A stretch of 64,000 nucleotides of DNA. Origin: Sedimentisphaerales bacterium. Its GTDB lineage: Bacteria; Planctomycetota; Phycisphaerae; Sedimentisphaerales; SM23-30. The position numbers and the translations under genes were made by a program. Within the stretch, counting starts at the first letter, position 1. Each line of letters begins with the position of its first letter. The stretch lies in NCBI GenBank assembly GCA_963666285.1, contig OY762711.1; one strand, written 5' to 3'. Shown piece by piece: positions 1 to 9,299 of the stretch. The notes under the pieces were generated by a model. It worked only from the letters and a program-made list of their open reading frames with translations, had not been told where the DNA came from and did not search any database.

Positions 1-1
1 T

Positions 2-532
2 GTGTTTGGCATGTTCGGCATGGCTTTTTTTGTGCTTTGGGCACAACCTCAATTTGAAATCGATCCAGAAGCGTGTATACTGGCCGGTTCACTGACACTG
101 GCCCTGCTGACACTGCCTGTAATGATAAGGTCAAGTGAAGAGGCTATACGTTCAGTACCTCAAACCTATAAAGAAGCATCATTGGGACTGGGAGCAGGAA
201 GAACGCGAACATTTATATTAGTTACGTTACCAGCGGCACTGCCGGGAATATTGACCGGAATAATATTAAGTTTAAGCCGTGTAGCTGGTGAAACCGCCCC
301 GGTTTTATTGACCGCAGCGGTTGCTGTTGGCGAAGTACCGGATAGTATTCTCGACCCAACCCGAACTCTGGCAACTTCCAGTTACTATATGGCAATTGGC
401 GATAGAATTGCAGCAATGGTACCACATAAGCAATTCGGAATGGTAGTAACCTTGATAACTATGGTATTGCTATTGAATGCTGCCGCTATTATACTACGTG
501 CAAGAATTTTCAAAAAGCTAAAAGGACATTAG
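2..532 (+). CDS. pstA: Phosphate ABC transporter permease PstA (5'-truncated by window edge)
   Basis: EAA-type loop ([10 protein letters not shown]), '[21 protein letters not shown]' motif, hydrophobic; directly upstream of pstB. Confidence 0.9.
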   Translation: MFGMFGMAFFVLWAQPQFEIDPEACILAGSLTLALLTLPVMIRSSEEAIRSVPQTYKEASLGLGAGRTRTFILVTLPAALPGILTGIILSLSRVAGETAPVLLTAAVAVGEVPDSILDPTRTLATSSYYMAIGDRIAAMVPHKQFGMVVTLITMVLLLNAAAIILRARIFKKLKGH

Positions 533-533
533 A

Positions 534-1295
534 ATGCAGGGAAATACAATCCTAAGTGCAAACAAATTCAGTTTTTACTACGGTGCCAAAGCCGGTGTAA
601 ATGAAATAACAATGGACATCTATCAGAAAGGTGTTACAGCGATTATTGGTCCCAGCGGCTGCGGCAAAAGTACTTTTTTGCGTAGTATTAATCGTATTAA
701 TGATTTGATACCCAATACTTCCACTGAGGGAGAGATCATATATAAAGGTCATAACATCTACGATAAAACTACGAATTTGATTGAGTTGCGTCAGCAGATA
801 GGTATGGTTTTCCAAAGGCCAAACCCTTTTCCAAAGAGCATATTTGACAATATTGCTTACGGACCAAGGCTCAAAGGAGTAAAAAATCGTTCTGAGCTGC
901 AGATGATCGTCGAAGAAAGTCTCAAAAAATCAGCACTATGGGATGAAGTAAAGGATAATCTTAAAAAATCTGCCCTGGCACTGTCAGGCGGACAGCAGCA
1001 AAGATTATGTATTGCTCGTGCCCTGGCCACAAAACCGGAAGTCCTGCTGATGGATGAGCCGTGTTCAGCCCTGGATCCGATAGCAACATCAAAAATAGAA
1101 GACTTGATTGAAGAGCTGAAAACAAGCTATACTATAATTATAGTTACACACAGTATGCAGCAGGCTGCTCGAGTGAGCGATCATACAGCATTCTTCTGCC
1201 TGGGAAACCTGATAGAATACAATAATACCGATTTGATTTTTACAAATCCAGAAAACAAACAAACTGAAGACTATATAACAGGAAGGTTTGGTTAA
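534..1295 (+). CDS. pstB: Phosphate ABC transporter ATP-binding protein PstB
   Basis: Walker [50 protein letters not shown]-terminal [10 protein letters not shown]. Confidence 0.97.
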   Translation: MQGNTILSANKFSFYYGAKAGVNEITMDIYQKGVTAIIGPSGCGKSTFLRSINRINDLIPNTSTEGEIIYKGHNIYDKTTNLIELRQQIGMVFQRPNPFPKSIFDNIAYGPRLKGVKNRSELQMIVEESLKKSALWDEVKDNLKKSALALSGGQQQRLCIARALATKPEVLLMDEPCSALDPIATSKIEDLIEELKTSYTIIIVTHSMQQAARVSDHTAFFCLGNLIEYNNTDLIFTNPENKQTEDYITGRFG

Positions 1296-1306
1296 ACTTG
1301 GAAAAT

Positions 1307-1654
1307 ATGCCAAAAGAAAAGAACCATATTTGGAAAATTCGTACAGTTAAAAATTATTCAGAAGCCAGTAACCATATAATAATTGGTAAGGTTCTGTCAT
1401 GTAATACAGCATTTATTCGTTTACATTGCAGGACATTTCATTTTAGAAAAAATGCTCATAACCCAAATGATTTCAGGATCGGTGAAGAAATGATCAGGAT
1501 TATACCATGGTCCAAAGTTGAAATCATTAATGAACTTAACTCAGAATTTAACTACTTAAATTCTGAGCTTATATCAGGCGAAAACGACGAAGTATTACTA
1601 ACAGACAATAAATATAAGTACACAATGCAATCAGTTTACGAAAAGAGTTTCTAA
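1307..1654 (+). CDS. Hypothetical protein inside the pst operon (ATG 1307; alternative TTG 1298)
   Basis: ~115-aa ORF tightly packed between pstB and phoU on the same strand; no family recognised. Confidence 0.7.
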   Translation: MPKEKNHIWKIRTVKNYSEASNHIIIGKVLSCNTAFIRLHCRTFHFRKNAHNPNDFRIGEEMIRIIPWSKVEIINELNSEFNYLNSELISGENDEVLLTDNKYKYTMQSVYEKSF

Positions 1655-1691
1655 GACAGATTTGCGTGTAATAAAATAAAAAGGTGGCAAT

Positions 1692-2348
1692 ATGGCATTA
1701 CATTTACACAGGGATATTGAAAGATTACAGGTAAAAGTGTCACGTCTGGGTGATATGGTAGAAACTTCACTGCATAGTGCGGTACAAGCATTTTTGACAA
1801 ATAATACGCACCTGGCAGAGCAGGCTTACCAGATAGATGAAGAAATTGACGAACTGGAAGTTGACATCGAAGAAGAATGTCTTAAATTGCTTGCACTTCA
1901 CAAGCCGGTAGCAGCAGATTTAAGATATATAATCAGTATATTAAAACTAAATAATGACCTTGAAAGAATTGGTGACCTTACGGTTAAAATTGCCAAAAAG
2001 AGAATGCCTGAGGAAAATCGTAATTATATTAATGTTGATCAGGAACTAACAGAGATGTCTGATTTGGTTAAGCAGATGCTGAAAACCTCACTCGACTCAT
2101 TAATAAATTGCAGTGAGCCCAAAGCCCAGGAAGTTCTTAATATCGAGCCCAGGGTTGATGAACTAAACGGTAATATTCATCAGCGAGTACGGGATTTCTA
2201 CAGTAAGAATATAGAAAGATTGAAATATTCATTAGAAATTTTAGCTGTGGCACGCACTTTGGAAAGAATCGCTGACCATACGACCAATATTGCAGAAGAT
2301 GTTATATACATGGTTACCGGTAAAATCATCAGACATGTATCTAAATAA
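1692..2348 (+). CDS. phoU: Phosphate signalling protein PhoU
   Basis: Two PhoU repeats (PVAADLR...NDLERIGDL; LERIADHTTNIAEDVIYMVTG); pst operon context. Confidence 0.96.
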   Translation: MALHLHRDIERLQVKVSRLGDMVETSLHSAVQAFLTNNTHLAEQAYQIDEEIDELEVDIEEECLKLLALHKPVAADLRYIISILKLNNDLERIGDLTVKIAKKRMPEENRNYINVDQELTEMSDLVKQMLKTSLDSLINCSEPKAQEVLNIEPRVDELNGNIHQRVRDFYSKNIERLKYSLEILAVARTLERIADHTTNIAEDVIYMVTGKIIRHVSK

Positions 2349-2362
2349 TGTTTCTAAGATTG

Positions 2363-2579
2363 TATTAGTGCGGTTTATGCTTCGCATCATATGCATGTCG
2401 CACTTTTGATTGTTCAACATTATACGCAAAGGCCGGAACAGGGCCAACTAAGTGAAAATTTATGATGTTCGACTATAGTCTCACGCTTTGTTTTAAACAT
2501 AAGCGTTGCAGGAAGGCCATTTTAGGCGATTTACCAGAGGCACTTCGTTATTGCAACTTAAAAACTGCGAAAGTAAACT
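2363..2579 (+). repeat. Dispersed structured element, copy 1 (candidate ncRNA or non-autonomous element)
   Basis: Shares TATTAGTGCGGT, a 45-nt block (42/45 identical) and a 78-nt block (73/78) with 15871-16076; lies between convergent phoU and mnmE. Confidence 0.85.
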
Positions 2580-2604
2580 ATTATGCGGTTCTAATTGCAC
2601 CACT

Positions 2605-4011
2605 CTACTTGCCAATACAAAAATTAGAAAAGATTTTACCTAGAACATCATCGCTGGCTATTTCACCGCTGATAGAGCCAATAAAATCCAGGGCTTCTCT
2701 AAGACTGAGAGCAATGATTTCTTCTTCGGTCAGACCATTATCAATATCTTCTGATAACTTCGAGAGTATCTCAGCTGTGCTGGCTAATGCAGAATACTGA
2801 CGGTTGGTCAGAGCGATAGCTTCAGACCGGTCAAGGCTATCTGAAAAATGAAGAATTTCTGATAGTTTCTCTAACATTTTATCCAGATTCTCTCCGGTTA
2901 GAGCACTTACATATAGCCGGCATTCAGCGTTGTTATCCATTTCACCACAAACCTTATTTTTAGCATACAGGTCGCATTTGTTGGCAACAATCAAGGTATT
3001 TGACACATTTAATTTATCAATAGATACTAAAAGATCTTTCAATGCCTCCCTGCCTGAAGGGTCCCATACAACCATGACAAGATCAGCAGATTCGAGAATA
3101 TCAATTACTCGCTGCTGACTTTCTTTGGCAAGAGGATCATCGACCTGACCAATGCCGGGAGTATCAATCAGCAGACATTCACCTAATGCCAGTTTTATCG
3201 GTGCAGATAAGATATCCCTGGTAGTACCTGCAATTGAGCAGACTATACTCCGGTCGAGGTTAGTCAGTTTGTTCATAAGAGAGCTTTTACCGGCATTGGG
3301 CGGACCAACCATCACAACTTTAGGCATATTATGCAAATCCTGCCAGCTTACACTATCAGCCAGCAGCTTTGTGATATCTGTATTAACTTCCTTAAGTTTT
3401 TCATTTAATATACTAAGTTCTATAAATGATATATCTTCCTGATCACTAAAATCTATACCGGCTTCTAAAAGAGCGAGCAATTCGGCTAACTTTTGACTGA
3501 CCTGACTGCATTTTCCATGCAATGCACCCTTCAATAGATTTTCAGCTGCTTTCAGTTGTGCATCTCCGGAAGCATGAATAACCTCTGCAACAGCTTCAGC
3601 TTCAGTTAGATCAATACGTCCGTTTAGAAAAGCCCGTGCGGTAAACTCTCCTGGCTGAGCGTCACGTATTGCAGGCAGATTCCTGAAGCCATCAAGAACC
3701 ATCTTGAGAAGTTTGCCGGAACCTGGCAAATAAAATTCTGCCATATCTTCTGTTGTATAGCTGTGGGGCGATTTAAATACTATCAATTTGGCAGGTATCA
3801 ATATATCATCTTTTAATAAAATATGGCCAGGAATATATTGCCGAACAGGATAATCTATATTTTCAACGGTCGAAAAATCAGCTGAATCTGATTTCCAGAT
3901 TTGATTGAGGGCCTTAAATGTATCCGGTCCGGAAAGACGAATAACTCCCTTGAGAGCATTTCCTGGTGCACTGCTTACAGCAACAATTGTATCATTCAAA
4001 TCAAATATCAT
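2605..4011 (-). CDS. mnmE: tRNA modification GTPase MnmE (TrmE)
   Basis: DTIVAVSS, IRLSG, PGEFTARAFLNGRIDLTEAEA, GPPNAGKSS, GTTRD, DTPG, NKCD, C-terminal FSNFCIGK. Confidence 0.97.
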   Translation of the reverse strand: MIFDLNDTIVAVSSAPGNALKGVIRLSGPDTFKALNQIWKSDSADFSTVENIDYPVRQYIPGHILLKDDILIPAKLIVFKSPHSYTTEDMAEFYLPGSGKLLKMVLDGFRNLPAIRDAQPGEFTARAFLNGRIDLTEAEAVAEVIHASGDAQLKAAENLLKGALHGKCSQVSQKLAELLALLEAGIDFSDQEDISFIELSILNEKLKEVNTDITKLLADSVSWQDLHNMPKVVMVGPPNAGKSSLMNKLTNLDRSIVCSIAGTTRDILSAPIKLALGECLLIDTPGIGQVDDPLAKESQQRVIDILESADLVMVVWDPSGREALKDLLVSIDKLNVSNTLIVANKCDLYAKNKVCGEMDNNAECRLYVSALTGENLDKMLEKLSEILHFSDSLDRSEAIALTNRQYSALASTAEILSKLSEDIDNGLTEEEIIALSLREALDFIGSISGEIASDDVLGKIFSNFCIGK

Positions 4012-4020
4012 ATTATTAAA

Positions 4021-4974
4021 TTACTGTTTTGTCCAAATACGCAAATTAAGATTTAAATCATCAACAATACCAATGGCCAGAGTTAAATCATTATAATATT
4101 CTTCCATAGGTTCAAAACTGAGCAAAGTCTTAAATATTCTGGGCTCAAACATATTTTTATTATTTTCGATAGCAATAAAGACGCATGAATGGATAAAGCT
4201 CAGTCGAATATTCTTTTTTGACTTCTCCTTAAAATCCATAATTCGCTGCATAAGTGCCGGGGTTAGGATGTACCTTGCCTCTACCTGGTTATTACTATAA
4301 ACAACAAACTTTTTTTCAAACTGTGGATTTTCAAGCTTAACCAGTTGTCCCCTGCCGCTAAAACTTTGTAATTTCTGGCCAAAACTGCCAAGTAAACCCT
4401 GAGCAATATCAGGTAAAACAAGGGTATAACCGTTAAACTCTTTATTAAAATCGGCTAAGAAAAACAAACCTTTGAATATTGTTACCCAGCTATTACGCTT
4501 ATTGTTACGACTTTTATATTGAGTATGGAGTTCTGAAAAAGCCAGCTTGGTTTTACCGTACTGTCCTTTAATCAAATCTTCTCCGTTGTACCTTTCCAGG
4601 TCACGCATATACAAACGGCTGGCCATATATACGTCTTCTTTGATGTGCTGCTCTGGAAAATAATTTAAGCCGTCATCTACGAATCTAACTAACCTGCCGA
4701 TTATATCATGTTTAAAGTTGCTCTTATATGAACTGATGAAATATTTATAGAGCCAAAACCATAAAACCGCAAAGACACCAATGACACCTATAAATAATCC
4801 CGGTAAATGTGTAAACACTGCAATCACCATAGAAATGATAATAACAAGAGTGACCATTATTATAGTGGTGTTTCTTATCTTGGCAATAACGCTAAGCCTA
4901 ACATTCTCATACCTTTTGAGTAATGGAAGTAAATCTTTTTGATAATAATCGTATAGTTGTCCTTTGCTTTTCAA
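4021..4974 (-). CDS. DUF3137-like membrane-anchored protein
   Basis: Two N-terminal TM segments; 'FKGLFFLADFNK', 'VKLENPQFEKKFVVYSNNQVEARYILTPALMQRI'. Confidence 0.8.
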   Translation of the reverse strand: MKSKGQLYDYYQKDLLPLLKRYENVRLSVIAKIRNTTIIMVTLVIIISMVIAVFTHLPGLFIGVIGVFAVLWFWLYKYFISSYKSNFKHDIIGRLVRFVDDGLNYFPEQHIKEDVYMASRLYMRDLERYNGEDLIKGQYGKTKLAFSELHTQYKSRNNKRNSWVTIFKGLFFLADFNKEFNGYTLVLPDIAQGLLGSFGQKLQSFSGRGQLVKLENPQFEKKFVVYSNNQVEARYILTPALMQRIMDFKEKSKKNIRLSFIHSCVFIAIENNKNMFEPRIFKTLLSFEPMEEYYNDLTLAIGIVDDLNLNLRIWTKQ

Positions 4975-5059
4975 AGGCTAATATCCTTAATTACAACAGT
5001 TTAGTTTCATTTTACATTAAAAATATTATAGCTGATAATAGCCTAAGAAGCCAACATTC

Positions 5060-6208
5060 TTATTTAATACGGAAAAAATTGCCCGGCATCTGTTTGATAA
5101 GCCCTTTTAACTGTAAAGCCGTAAGGGCAGAATTTACTTTTCCGACACTTCTACCAGAATGAATTATAACATTATCTATATGCTGAGGTTCTTTTGACAA
5201 TTGCCCCAAAACAATATTTTCATCATCAGACAGATTCAACTCGCCAGCATCAAAAAGAGTCTGTTCAACAGAAGCCTGAGCCTTGGCAGATTCTTTATCA
5301 ACATAAGGTTTAATGGTGTTTCCAATAGCACCAAGCGTTTCCATAATATCATCTATACCGGTAATAAGCGTAGCACCGTCTCTGATTAGGCTGTTTGGCC
5401 CTTCACTGCAAGGATTATCAATCCTGCCAGGAACAGCCATCACGTCACGATTATATTCCATAGCCAAACGTGCCGTAATTAATGCACCACCACGCTTTCT
5501 TGCTTCAACAATAATTGTTGCCAGAGACAACCCGGCAATAATCCTGTTTCTGGCCGGGAAATTGGCTCCAATCGGCTCAAAATCGATAGGAAGTTCACTA
5601 ACCATAGCACCATTATTAGTTATTATATCGGCCAAATCTTTATTTTCAGGCGGAAAGACTCCGCCAAGTCCCCTTCCCTGAACCGCGATAGTTCTTCCTC
5701 CTGCAGCTATCGCCCCCCTGTGAGCAGCAGTATCAATTCCTCTAGCCAGGCCAGAAACAATCGTAAAGCCGGAAGAGGCTAGCAAATGAGCAAAGCGGGA
5801 AGCCTGTTCAAACCCATACTGGCTGCAAGTTCGTGAACCAACAATTGCTACTGAAAGATTATCCTGTCTTAATATATTTCCTTTCACAAAAATAACATGG
5901 GGAGGATCGTCTATCTGAGAAAGCAGCTTCGGATAACTTTCATCTTCAATTGTAAGAACATCTATCCCAAGCTTTTGAGCTAAATCCAGCTCTTTTTTTG
6001 CTATACTCAAGTCTCTTATCGAATTGTAGATAAATTCAGCTTTTTTCTGAGAAATCCCCTTTACTGATGCCAGCTGAAAAATACTCGCATCATAAACACC
6101 CTGAATCGATCCAAATGAACTAAGAAGGTTAGCAAATGTTTTTGGGCCGACATCCTTGACCAAATGCAGATTAAGCCACTTTAACGTGTTTTCAGACCAA
6201 TTTGCCAT
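5060..6208 (-). CDS. dprA: DNA-processing protein DprA (likely start ATG 6208)
   Basis: YPKLL..IDDPP, AIVGSR, VSGLARGIDTAAH, FPARNRIIAGLS, GALITA, C-terminal winged helix; AGGGGG SD before ATG 6208. Confidence 0.95.
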   Translation of the reverse strand: MANWSENTLKWLNLHLVKDVGPKTFANLLSSFGSIQGVYDASIFQLASVKGISQKKAEFIYNSIRDLSIAKKELDLAQKLGIDVLTIEDESYPKLLSQIDDPPHVIFVKGNILRQDNLSVAIVGSRTCSQYGFEQASRFAHLLASSGFTIVSGLARGIDTAAHRGAIAAGGRTIAVQGRGLGGVFPPENKDLADIITNNGAMVSELPIDFEPIGANFPARNRIIAGLSLATIIVEARKRGGALITARLAMEYNRDVMAVPGRIDNPCSEGPNSLIRDGATLITGIDDIMETLGAIGNTIKPYVDKESAKAQASVEQTLFDAGELNLSDDENIVLGQLSKEPQHIDNVIIHSGRSVGKVNSALTALQLKGLIKQMPGNFFRIK

Positions 6209-6268
6209 AACTATTGCCCCCTGAAACAAGTTAATATAAACTGAAAATCCAATGCAATATCGATTTCT

Positions 6269-6296
6269 ATTATAAGCTTTTTAACAGTAGTGTCAA
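6269..6296 (-). promoter_or_regulatory. sigma70-type promoter for dprA
   Basis: Minus strand reads TTGACA-N16-TATAAT, both hexamers perfect consensus. Confidence 0.7.
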
Positions 6297-6318
6297 TTTA
6301 AGAAATGATCTCCACGCC

Positions 6319-7275
6319 CTACTTCAAACCTGCTTTATTTTTCATTCTTTCTTCTTTGGGCCTGCTTTTCCAACGCCTGTGAACCCACCAGTACTGTTCC
6401 GGAGCCTCACGAATGAAGGATTCAATAGCAGATGTATATTCCGAAGTAATCCAAAGCAACGGCTTTTCCTGCCGAATCCATTGTTCAGGATAAATCACTT
6501 TTGAAATGCCAACTTTAAACTTATATCTATTGTCTATTCGTCTGCAATAACCTACAACAATAGGCAAGTTGTATTGCATAGCCAATAATCCAATACTTTT
6601 ATAAGTACTTGCCTTTCTTCCAAAAAAGTCAACAAAAGCCCCCTTCTTACCCGCATCCTGATCTGCAATGAAAGCCAGCAGAGAATTTTCCTTTAATATA
6701 TCAACCATTTGCTCTGTAGCACCTTTTTTATCGATAATTTTCTGCCCGCGATACTCCCGGATTCCCATTAAATAATTATTGATAAAACGGTTGTCAATAG
6801 GCCTGGCTACACTATAACTTTCAAGTCCAAAAACGGCCAAGGCAAAACCAAGAACTTCAAAATTACCATAATGCGCTGTTACAAGTATAGCGCCTTTATC
6901 GCTGAGCATAACTTCCATTGCTTCACTCATATCATCAAGTTCAATGTATTTATGCCAGGAACCGGGAGTAATATATCGCCCGCTTTTAAGCGCATCGAAA
7001 GCCAGCATAACAATGTGTTCCATTGCAGCTTTTGCAGTTTTTTCAATCCATTCATCATCTTTGTCTGGAAAGCTTTTTTTAAGGTTTTCCCTGGCTCTTT
7101 TTTTCCCACGAGAATATATTTCATAAACACCTCCTCCAAGCCACTTTGCAAAAGCAGTTGAAGTATCAGGAGGAAGCAGATTAATAAATGCAGCAAACAA
7201 CCTCATTACCAGATAGAGCAGGTAATCGAGAATAATGTTGGTTTTTTTCTTCTTTTTTTTCTTTTTTACAGTCAT
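6319..7275 (-). CDS. Lysophospholipid / lipid A lauroyl-type acyltransferase (LpxL/HtrB family; likely start ATG 7275)
   Basis: TAHYGNFE, ADQD, FVDFFGR, IREAPEQYWWVHRRWK. Confidence 0.88.
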   Translation of the reverse strand: MTVKKKKKKKKTNIILDYLLYLVMRLFAAFINLLPPDTSTAFAKWLGGGVYEIYSRGKKRARENLKKSFPDKDDEWIEKTAKAAMEHIVMLAFDALKSGRYITPGSWHKYIELDDMSEAMEVMLSDKGAILVTAHYGNFEVLGFALAVFGLESYSVARPIDNRFINNYLMGIREYRGQKIIDKKGATEQMVDILKENSLLAFIADQDAGKKGAFVDFFGRKASTYKSIGLLAMQYNLPIVVGYCRRIDNRYKFKVGISKVIYPEQWIRQEKPLLWITSEYTSAIESFIREAPEQYWWVHRRWKSRPKEERMKNKAGLK

Positions 7276-7376
7276 AAGCAAATTATCTAATAAGGATGGG
7301 ATATTGTAACAAAAAATGCACATAAAAGAAGAAAAAACGCTAATTCAAGCATATTGATAAGAGGTTCTGTTATGCT

Positions 7377-7405
7377 TTGCAAATCATATAAAATATATGT
7401 ATAAT
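7377..7405 (+). promoter_or_regulatory. sigma70-type promoter for the DUF2752-lipoprotein unit
   Basis: TTGCAA-N17-TATAAT; overlaps ORF-track start 7397, implying the real start is ATG 7418. Confidence 0.55.
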
Positions 7406-7417
7406 GATAATCACGAA

Positions 7418-7903
7418 ATGAACAACCAGATTGAGAAAGAACCGAACGAGCACGTAAATCATTGCTGGGAAGACACTTCCGTTAAAGCGAGATTTGTGAA
7501 CGGTATGTTGGCAATAACATTTTGGGTAATTATTGTTATCGCCTGGAATATTGTTCCTTCTCAACAGGGTTTTGGAAGCCACCAGCAGATAGGGATACCA
7601 CAATGCCAGTGGATAAAGGAAAGCAACACTCCTTGCCCGACATGTGGCATGACAACCGCATACAGCCTCACAGTCAGGGGTAGAATAGTATCAGCATTTT
7701 TGACACAACCGGCCGGATGCATATTTGCAATAGTACATATATTCCTGACGGGATTATTTTCCTGGATAGCAATATCAGGTAAATACCCCTTTTATTTTAC
7801 TGCCTGGGTAAATTACAATACCTACAAAATAATTATATATGTGATATTATTAGTATTGTCAGGATGGGGTTTCACATACCTGAGAATAAAATATTTCAAT
7901 TAA
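7418..7903 (+). CDS. DUF2752-like membrane protein
   Basis: C-x7-PCPTCGMTTA motif with flanking TM helices. Confidence 0.8.
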   Translation: MNNQIEKEPNEHVNHCWEDTSVKARFVNGMLAITFWVIIVIAWNIVPSQQGFGSHQQIGIPQCQWIKESNTPCPTCGMTTAYSLTVRGRIVSAFLTQPAGCIFAIVHIFLTGLFSWIAISGKYPFYFTAWVNYNTYKIIIYVILLVLSGWGFTYLRIKYFN

Positions 7904-7927
7904 AAACACGGTAAACAGGATAATGAA

Positions 7928-8596
7928 ATGTACCATACAAAAAAATTCAAAATGAAATTTGCATTGAGCTTAATACTGGTTTCTTTGCTAATATCTATGG
8001 GTTTTATGCTGGGCGGATGTGAAGCATTAGGATACGGCGCATATGTACTTGTGGGTGACCAGGGCCAAAAATCAAAAGCAATATATGAAGGACTTGAAAA
8101 CCAGAAAGTATTAATACTCCTTAATACTCCTGCCGGCATGGAATACTCATTCCCCCAATCAAGAGAAAGCCTGCATCTGGCTTGCCAAAAGATATTAAAA
8201 GAAAAGGTTGACGGCATATCGTTTAGCGACTATGACATGGTCGAAAATTTTATCATGCGAGAGCTCGACTGGATAAGTATGCCGATAAGTGTATTAGCTA
8301 AGAAATTTAGTGCACAAAGAGTGATTTACATCGACATATACGAGTTTACACTTCAAGACTCAAACAGCATAGGAATATACCAGGGCCAAACCAAGGCAGA
8401 GGTAAAAGTATACGAATCTGATAGTCAAACTCCAAATACACCTGTATTCAACTACTATATAGATTTCAAATATCCTGAAAATCACCCTGTTGCCGCCAGC
8501 CCAGATGCGAAATACAGAGTCTTAACCGGAACTCTTAAACAAATTGCATACCAAACATGCAAAAGATTTTTTGTCCATAAAGAAAAACAAGAATAA
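7928..8596 (+). CDS. Putative lipoprotein
   Basis: Basic N-terminus, hydrophobic stretch, LGGC lipobox. Confidence 0.7.
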   Translation: MYHTKKFKMKFALSLILVSLLISMGFMLGGCEALGYGAYVLVGDQGQKSKAIYEGLENQKVLILLNTPAGMEYSFPQSRESLHLACQKILKEKVDGISFSDYDMVENFIMRELDWISMPISVLAKKFSAQRVIYIDIYEFTLQDSNSIGIYQGQTKAEVKVYESDSQTPNTPVFNYYIDFKYPENHPVAASPDAKYRVLTGTLKQIAYQTCKRFFVHKEKQE

Positions 8597-8610
8597 TATA
8601 AAATATAACT

Positions 8611-9225
8611 ATGAAAAAAGTACTAATACCAACCATTATATCAGCCTTAATGATCGTAATAAACGGTTGCGGTCCGGCTATCGGACTGGTCATGGACATT
8701 TTACCCAAACCTGATATTCCGGCCAAATATACGATGGAAGATAAAAACGTTCTCGTATTCGTAGCCAGCCTGACTACATCCGAGACCGGCCCTGTATTTT
8801 CCCATGCATTATCTGATCAGGTCACCTCCGAGCTGGTTAAAAACAAAGCGGTTGCCTCAACTGTAAAATTTTCACAATTAAGTGACTTAATGCTAAACAC
8901 CAGCGATATGATAACAGCAGAGTATGCAGGTAGAGAGTTAGGAGCAGACCTAATCTTAAAAATTGAAATCCAGCACCTGACGTTCGACTACAGAAGTGCT
9001 GATAACTGTCGCGTTGGCCAGGCGTTATGCTTCGTCTCGGTACTGGATGGAAAAACAGGCAAACGCTATTGGCCTGAAGATAAAATCAAGGAATCCTTGA
9101 TGATCAACAGCAAACTTGAAATTAATGCTGACGATAAGCTCTCACTGAGCAAAATACAAAGAGACCTGGCCAAGAATGCCAGTCTGCAAATATCAAAACT
9201 GTTTTACAAACATAAAGACGAATAA
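8611..9225 (+). CDS. Putative lipoprotein (probable distant paralog of the upstream gene)
   Basis: MKK + hydrophobic stretch + INGC lipobox; similar layout and C-terminal 'F..HK' to 7928-8596. Confidence 0.7.
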   Translation: MKKVLIPTIISALMIVINGCGPAIGLVMDILPKPDIPAKYTMEDKNVLVFVASLTTSETGPVFSHALSDQVTSELVKNKAVASTVKFSQLSDLMLNTSDMITAEYAGRELGADLILKIEIQHLTFDYRSADNCRVGQALCFVSVLDGKTGKRYWPEDKIKESLMINSKLEINADDKLSLSKIQRDLAKNASLQISKLFYKHKDE

Positions 9226-9264
9226 ATCATAGCAATATATTTTGATCCAAGTTTGTATAATTTC

Positions 9265-9292
9265 TTGACTTACAAATAATTTTAGATATCAT
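9265..9292 (+). promoter_or_regulatory. sigma70-type promoter directly upstream of lysS
   Basis: TTGACT-N16-TATCAT, with 7 nt between it and ATG 9300. Confidence 0.55.
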
Positions 9293-9299
9293 TTTTGAC

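Noticed and set aside
2462..2800. 112-aa + strand ORF (and 2241-2447 on -)
   Set aside because: Overlaps mnmE or phoU antisense plus the dispersed element; no equivalent ORF appears at copy 2.
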